IMG/VR virus record: IMGVR_UViG_3300029517_000186
DNA from: a virus
Taxonomy: Duplodnaviria > Heunggongvirae > Uroviricota > Caudoviricetes
Direction: 5' to 3' (one strand)
DNA: 64,000 nucleotides
In this document: piece by piece, positions 60,025 through 64,000 of the stretch
How the letters are laid out: every line of letters begins with the position of its first letter
How positions within the stretch are numbered: position 1 is the first letter of the stretch
Position numbers and translations under genes: made by a program
The notes under the pieces: model-generated
What the model was told of the DNA's origin: nothing
Database searches by the model: none
What the model saw: only the letters and a program-made list of their open reading frames with translations

Positions 60025-60037
60025 TATGTCAGAAAAA
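60025..60037 (-). promoter_or_regulatory. conserved promoter motif (variant CTGACATAT on the coding strand)
   Basis: Plus strand TATGTCAGAAAAA. Confidence 0.45.
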
Positions 60038-60113
60038 TAAAATTGGATATAAATTTGTAAATTTAATTTATATATAGTATATTATTAAATATTGTAAAAT
60101 TAAGGAGAGTAAA

Positions 60114-60512
60114 ATGAATATGAACAAACTTAATATTTTTTCAATTGAATTTGGAAATGGAAAAATGTTTTTTGTTGTAAAGAATGAGTCTATCAAATAT
60201 ATAAAAAATCATTTTAATTGGAAAGATACTCATAACGATGTGGTTAATATAAATGTAATGACCGATTTAGCAATAAAAAACAATGTATTTGTTAATATAA
60301 TGCCTAATAATATTAAGGATAAATTATATGCAAAATTATTTATTATTTCTAAACTAAAGAAACATAAATTATGGATGTCTTTTGATCAATATTTAGCTGC
60401 TATGTGTTTTACGGAAAACGGTAAAAAAGAAATAAAAATGTTATTGAATATGTCTGATGATGACATAGATTTAATCTGTAAAAATTCAGAATGGAATAAA
60501 ATTTTAAAATAA
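60114..60512 (+). CDS. hypothetical protein (one of very few plus-strand genes)
   Basis: 132 aa; AAGGAGAG RBS; sigma-70-like TTGTAA-N17-TATATT upstream; terminator at 60515..60561. Confidence 0.6.
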   Translation: MNMNKLNIFSIEFGNGKMFFVVKNESIKYIKNHFNWKDTHNDVVNINVMTDLAIKNNVFVNIMPNNIKDKLYAKLFIISKLKKHKLWMSFDQYLAAMCFTENGKKEIKMLLNMSDDDIDLICKNSEWNKILK

Positions 60513-60566
60513 ATAAAAAGACTTAGTATGATACATATTATAAACATACTAAGTCTTTTTCTATCT

Positions 60567-60620
60567 GAACTACTCACAACCAACTATTGTTGGATGGAGT
60601 TTTTTGCTTAATTGCGATAA
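60567..60620 (-). repeat. copy 6 of the structured repeat element, directly after the stop of 60624..61340
   Basis: GAACTACTCACAACCAACTATTGTTGGATGGAGTTTTTTGCTTAATTGCGATAA; CCAAC/GTTGG replaces CCGAC/GTCGG, a compensatory double change. Confidence 0.7.
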
Positions 60621-60623
60621 TTA

Positions 60624-61340
60624 TTATTTTGTTGAAGTAGTTACTTTTATATTTGGTTTATCAATTGTAATATCCATCCTATCAGAATCATTTAGTTTTT
60701 TTGCCATTTCGTCTTTAACCATTTTTATATTTTGTTCTAAATCAGGCATTTCAGTAGATTCAGTAACTATATCTATATTATTTGAATCATTATTTTTTTC
60801 TTCTGGTTTATCAGCTAAACAATTATTTAATTCATTAATATATTGCCTTTTTTTGAATTCCTGCAATTCTAATAATATTTTGTTTTTTAATTCCTTATTA
60901 GCAATATAAAATTTGTATTTATCAAGTGCTTCATAATTAAGTTTTGCTGCAGGTTTATGTTTTATAATACCTGTTACTGTTAAACCATCAAATGTTTCTT
61001 TAATATGGTCAATTTGTTCAACTTTATAATCTGTCATTTTGTCAATTCCAGGTACAAAATAGCTAAAATCAATATATTCATTATATATTTCAAATCTAGC
61101 CTGAGGGTACCAATTAATAACATTTTTAAGAATCAAAAAGCATAATAAATTTGAACCCGCAATTATTCCGCTGGCAATTACACCTGCAAAATTTTCTGTT
61201 CCGTAAAAAATAATTTCGCAAACAAGTCCACCTATAATAAGTGCAAGATTAAAAATAATAATAAGAGAATGAACTGGCCTGATATCCGGTAGTCTACTCA
61301 ACATATTATATGAATTAATTGGGTTATTTTTATTGTTCAT
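60624..61340 (-). CDS. hypothetical membrane protein
   Basis: 238 aa; two N-terminal TM helices; charged C-terminal region. Confidence 0.6.
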   Translation of the reverse strand: MNNKNNPINSYNMLSRLPDIRPVHSLIIIFNLALIIGGLVCEIIFYGTENFAGVIASGIIAGSNLLCFLILKNVINWYPQARFEIYNEYIDFSYFVPGIDKMTDYKVEQIDHIKETFDGLTVTGIIKHKPAAKLNYEALDKYKFYIANKELKNKILLELQEFKKRQYINELNNCLADKPEEKNNDSNNIDIVTESTEMPDLEQNIKMVKDEMAKKLNDSDRMDITIDKPNIKVTTSTK

Positions 61341-61423
61341 AAATTACTACCTTGTTGCTATATTAGCAACTTCCTTTCTAAAATAATATTGAAGTTTTTA
61401 TTACACAAAACATCTAAAAATAA

Positions 61424-61460
61424 TATGACAGACATAAAAAATAAAATCTGTCATATATAT
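61424..61460. promoter_or_regulatory. inverted pair of promoter motifs (TATGACAGAC ... CTGTCATATATAT): divergent promoters
   Basis: Minus copy serves 60624..61340; plus copy is followed by an AAAGGAGGAAA RBS and ATG-TAG start-stop at 61491..61496, then the terminator at 61566..61600. Confidence 0.45.
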
Positions 61461-61600
61461 AAATAGCGTTTTATTAAAGGAGGAAATGTTATGTAGTTTT
61501 TTTTGATTAAAAATTAATTTAGTATTGTAGATTCAAAGACGGGTGAATTTGCAATAATTAAACATAAAAAGGTTGAGCTTTATTGCCCAACCTTTTTTTC

Positions 61601-61771
61601 TTAAGCTGTTATACAGCCTGTTATATGAGAATCATTAATATTGATTCTAATATTATTGTCTTCCAATTCCTTCGCTAAATCGAAAATGGAAAGCATTTCC
61701 AGATATTCTAAATATGAAATCATTTGTTTTCTTCCCTTAAGTAACATATCAACATACTCACTTGTACTCAT
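61601..61771 (-). CDS. small hypothetical protein (56 aa)
   Basis: AAAGGAG RBS and ATG at 61771; ends at the bidirectional terminator 61566..61600. Confidence 0.4.
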   Translation of the reverse strand: MSTSEYVDMLLKGRKQMISYLEYLEMLSIFDLAKELEDNNIRININDSHITGCITA

Positions 61772-61792
61772 ATATACTTTCTCCTTTTCATT

Positions 61793-62614
61793 TTACATAT
61801 CAAAGTTTCTAGTTATTCTTGCCGTTCTAAGGATAATGTCCTTTGTATTCTGATCAAGATTTTCTGCATTAATAATAACTGCTGTCTTATCATTGCTAAG
61901 CTTCATTTCTGGAGTAATCTTAGCGTACATTAATGTGGCTTCAAGACCGCCTATAACTGCATCTGCATTTTTATTAGCAGAAATCTTTAATACCATTTCA
62001 GAATCATCTGAACTATCATTAGGTGTTACTGGAACTGAAGATTCTGATTCTGATGATTCTTCTACTGGGTCAACATTTACTGTGTCTGATACATCAGTAT
62101 TTGAATTATTGTAAACAGCTTCAGATACATCTTCATTTTCACTTGAAACTAATTCATCATCGACCTGTTCATTATATTCTGGGACCTCTGTAATAACTGC
62201 TGTACTTTCTGATACCTGTGAATCATTATTTGCTTCTTCATTAATAGGTTCATTAATGGTATCAACAATAGTGTCAGCAATAGTGTCATCAACAGAATCA
62301 TTAGAAGTATCATCCTGATTCCAAGGCAATTCCTTTTCATCTAAAACTGGTTCTTCAACCATTTCAGTTATTTCTGATTCAGCAATTTTAGACGAGATTT
62401 TTTCTTTTTCTGCATTAATATCTTCAAGTGTTGGAGCAATTTCTTTTGCAACAACAGGAGCTTCTACATCTAAAACTGACTCCTTTGTATTTGCTCCAAC
62501 ATTATTAATTAATAATGCTGCCATTAGATTCTTTATTTCTTCAATTTTTGTATTTGGAATAACAATATGTACTCCATTGCCCTCTTCAAAAAGGCTTATT
62601 GTCTGCATATTCAT
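61793..62614 (-). CDS. highly acidic, low-complexity protein
   Basis: AAAGGAGCA RBS and ATG at 62614 (MNMQTISLFEEGNG...); D/E/S-rich middle segment; promoter at 62654. Confidence 0.6.
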   Translation of the reverse strand: MNMQTISLFEEGNGVHIVIPNTKIEEIKNLMAALLINNVGANTKESVLDVEAPVVAKEIAPTLEDINAEKEKISSKIAESEITEMVEEPVLDEKELPWNQDDTSNDSVDDTIADTIVDTINEPINEEANNDSQVSESTAVITEVPEYNEQVDDELVSSENEDVSEAVYNNSNTDVSDTVNVDPVEESSESESSVPVTPNDSSDDSEMVLKISANKNADAVIGGLEATLMYAKITPEMKLSNDKTAVIINAENLDQNTKDIILRTARITRNFDM

Positions 62615-62653
62615 ACTATATATGCTCCTTTCATTTTTTATTACTAAATAATG

Positions 62654-62666
62654 TATGACAGAAAAA
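62654..62666 (-). promoter_or_regulatory. conserved promoter motif
   Basis: TATGACAGAAAAAAAAA. Confidence 0.5.
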
Positions 62667-62707
62667 AAAATCAAACTGCAAAATTAATAAAAAAATAAAT
62701 TAATTAT

Positions 62708-62725
62708 AAGTGTATATATACACTT
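62708..62725. promoter_or_regulatory. perfect 18-bp palindrome AAGTGTATATATACACTT between divergent promoters; oriT candidate for the MobV relaxase
   Basis: Lies 55 bp upstream of the mob start; resembles MobV-type oriT inverted repeats with a GTGT core. Confidence 0.45.
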
Positions 62726-62741
62726 TATTATTTTTTCTGTC

Positions 62742-62757
62742 ATATCTTAATTAATAT
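62742..62757 (+). promoter_or_regulatory. conserved promoter motif in plus orientation (TTTTTTCTGTCATATC) for mob
   Basis: 34 nt upstream of the GAGG RBS and ATG of 62781. Confidence 0.5.
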
Positions 62758-62780
62758 TATTTGAAAGTTGAGGTATTTGA

Positions 62781-63986
62781 ATGTCAGATAAATCTTATAC
62801 AATTTGCAAAATCATGAAATTAAATTCACTAAATGCTAATGGCAGATATAGTGTTAGATCTGCAGGCGAACATAATTTAAGGGAGTATGTACCATATAAT
62901 TGTGATTCTGAAAAACAAAATTTAAATAAAGATATTGTTGAACTTCCTAAAATGCTTAATGGAAGCCATTACTCCTATCAGACTGTTGTAAAAAATGCAA
63001 TTAAAGAAATTCAAGATAATGGTACAATGGGAAAAGTTCGTCCTGATGCAGTTTATGCATTTGAAATTTGTCTAGGTTTTAATCCGGCAGATGGAAAGGA
63101 CTGGAAAGATATTATTTCAGAAAAAGACCTAGATAAATGGTGTCAGGAAAATAAAAAATGGCTTGAAGAGCGTTTTGGTAAAAACAATTTAAAGCATTTA
63201 GTATTACATATGGATGAATCAACTCCTCATTTACATGCTTTAATTGTTCCTATTAATAATAAAGGTAGGTTAAGTGCTAAATCATTTATTAATGGCCCGA
63301 CTGATTTATCAAAATTGCAGACTGAATATGCAAAGAAAGTAGGTTCACAATTTGGGTTATCAAGGGGTGTTTCTAAAAAAGAAATAAGAGCTTCTAAAGA
63401 ATTGGAAAATAAATTATATCCTAACTATTCTGATATATCTAAATTCAAAAAAGCCACTCTTGGTAAAATAATGGATGAAAGTGAAATAATAAAGGTTAAC
63501 CCGAAAGAATTGGATAGTAATGGGCATATTTTGCCATCTTACGAAGAAAGAGTGTTAGGTGAATTTCAGAATGTAAAATATCATTATTTAACTTTAGAAA
63601 ATTCATTACGCCAGGAATTAAAAGAAGAACTAAAGCAAGAAATAAAAAAAGTAGATACAGACTTTGAAAGGATTGCACTTGAAAAAGAAGAATTTGAAAA
63701 AGAAAAAAAGAAAAAAGATGCAGAGTTAAAACAAAAAGAAGAGGAACTTATTTCAAAAGAACATGAGTTACAGAAGCTATTAGGTGTATTAGAAAGTACA
63801 AAAAAATCAATCAGGGAAATCAAAAAAGATTATACATATTTTGAAACATTAAATCGTGCCCTTAAGCATGAATCTAATAAGGATATTGCTAAAGATTTAT
63901 ATAAACAGTTAAATAAGTTAGTTGAAGAACAGCATAAAAGAGATAAAGAAAATATTCATGCAATTAAACAATTTGATATAAGATAA
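62781..63986 (+). CDS. mob: MobV/Pre-family plasmid mobilisation relaxase
   Basis: N-terminal HNLRE motif; motif III HMDESTPHLHALIVPI; C-terminal coiled coil. Confidence 0.85.
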   Translation: MSDKSYTICKIMKLNSLNANGRYSVRSAGEHNLREYVPYNCDSEKQNLNKDIVELPKMLNGSHYSYQTVVKNAIKEIQDNGTMGKVRPDAVYAFEICLGFNPADGKDWKDIISEKDLDKWCQENKKWLEERFGKNNLKHLVLHMDESTPHLHALIVPINNKGRLSAKSFINGPTDLSKLQTEYAKKVGSQFGLSRGVSKKEIRASKELENKLYPNYSDISKFKKATLGKIMDESEIIKVNPKELDSNGHILPSYEERVLGEFQNVKYHYLTLENSLRQELKEELKQEIKKVDTDFERIALEKEEFEKEKKKKDAELKQKEEELISKEHELQKLLGVLESTKKSIREIKKDYTYFETLNRALKHESNKDIAKDLYKQLNKLVEEQHKRDKENIHAIKQFDIR

Positions 63987-64000
63987 AAAAATATGAGGGT

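Noticed and set aside
1-64000. Global stop-codon reassignment (TAG coding)
   Set aside because: Most well-supported genes terminate with ordinary TAA or TAG directly followed by terminators or the next RBS; only three local TAG oddities were found. No suppressor tRNA is visible in this window.
1-64000. tRNA, rRNA or CRISPR arrays
   Set aside because: Non-coding stretches were scanned for T-loop-like GTTCGAATC/GTTCAAATC signatures and for regularly spaced direct repeats with unique spacers; none were found. The regular repeats that do exist are iterons or the 55-nt element, not CRISPR.

Overview
This is a 64 kb AT-rich window (roughly 27 to 30% GC by eye) from a large mobile genetic element of a low-GC, Shine-Dalgarno-using host. 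Almost every coding region carries a Firmicutes-type AGGAG ribosome-binding site. The element could be a jumbo phage, a phage-plasmid or a megaplasmid; no virion genes are recognisable in this window, so the three cannot be separated here.

About 65 of the roughly 70 genes lie on the minus strand. Most transcription units start with one conserved promoter motif, 5'-T-rich-CTGTCATAT-3' on the coding strand, which appears on the displayed plus strand as TATGACAGAAAAA. A subset adds a TTATGTAAA box exactly 17 nt upstream of it. Most units end in an A-tract/hairpin/T-tract terminator. The element encodes its own sigma-70-family sigma factor.

Recognisable cargo:
- Replication and recombination: a DnaE-type DNA polymerase III alpha subunit split into two ORFs by a 5.7 kb block of ten genes (including a flap endonuclease and a Pol-beta-fold nucleotidyltransferase), RecA, a RuvC-like resolvase, a RecJ-like DHH exonuclease, two UvrD-family helicases (one fused to a Cys-rich nuclease-like N-terminus), a CHC2 primase zinc-finger protein, a guanylate-kinase-like dNMP kinase and an N4/N6 DNA methyltransferase.
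- Host interaction and signalling: a class A penicillin-binding protein, a flotillin/SPFH protein, a WGR-PARP, a GGDEF diguanylate cyclase next to an HD-GYP phosphodiesterase, two CPBP (Abi/CAAX, PrsW-like) membrane proteases, a Lar-like zinc ribbon and three very acidic small proteins.
- Mobility: an IS3-family (IS150-group) insertion sequence with 3-bp direct repeats and an A6G frameshift site, and a MobV/Pre relaxase beside an oriT-like palindrome.

Structure not explained by genes: a roughly 55-nt hairpin-forming repeat present six times, with compensatory base changes, in 5'UTR and intercistronic positions; an iteron-like array in a 1.3 kb non-coding region; three in-frame or start-adjacent TAG codons; and several promoter-terminator units with no ORF, which are candidate small RNAs. 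No tRNA, rRNA or CRISPR array was seen.

Coordinates of features I defined myself were indexed by hand from the printed sequence and may be off by a few bases; CDS coordinates follow the supplied ORF track.
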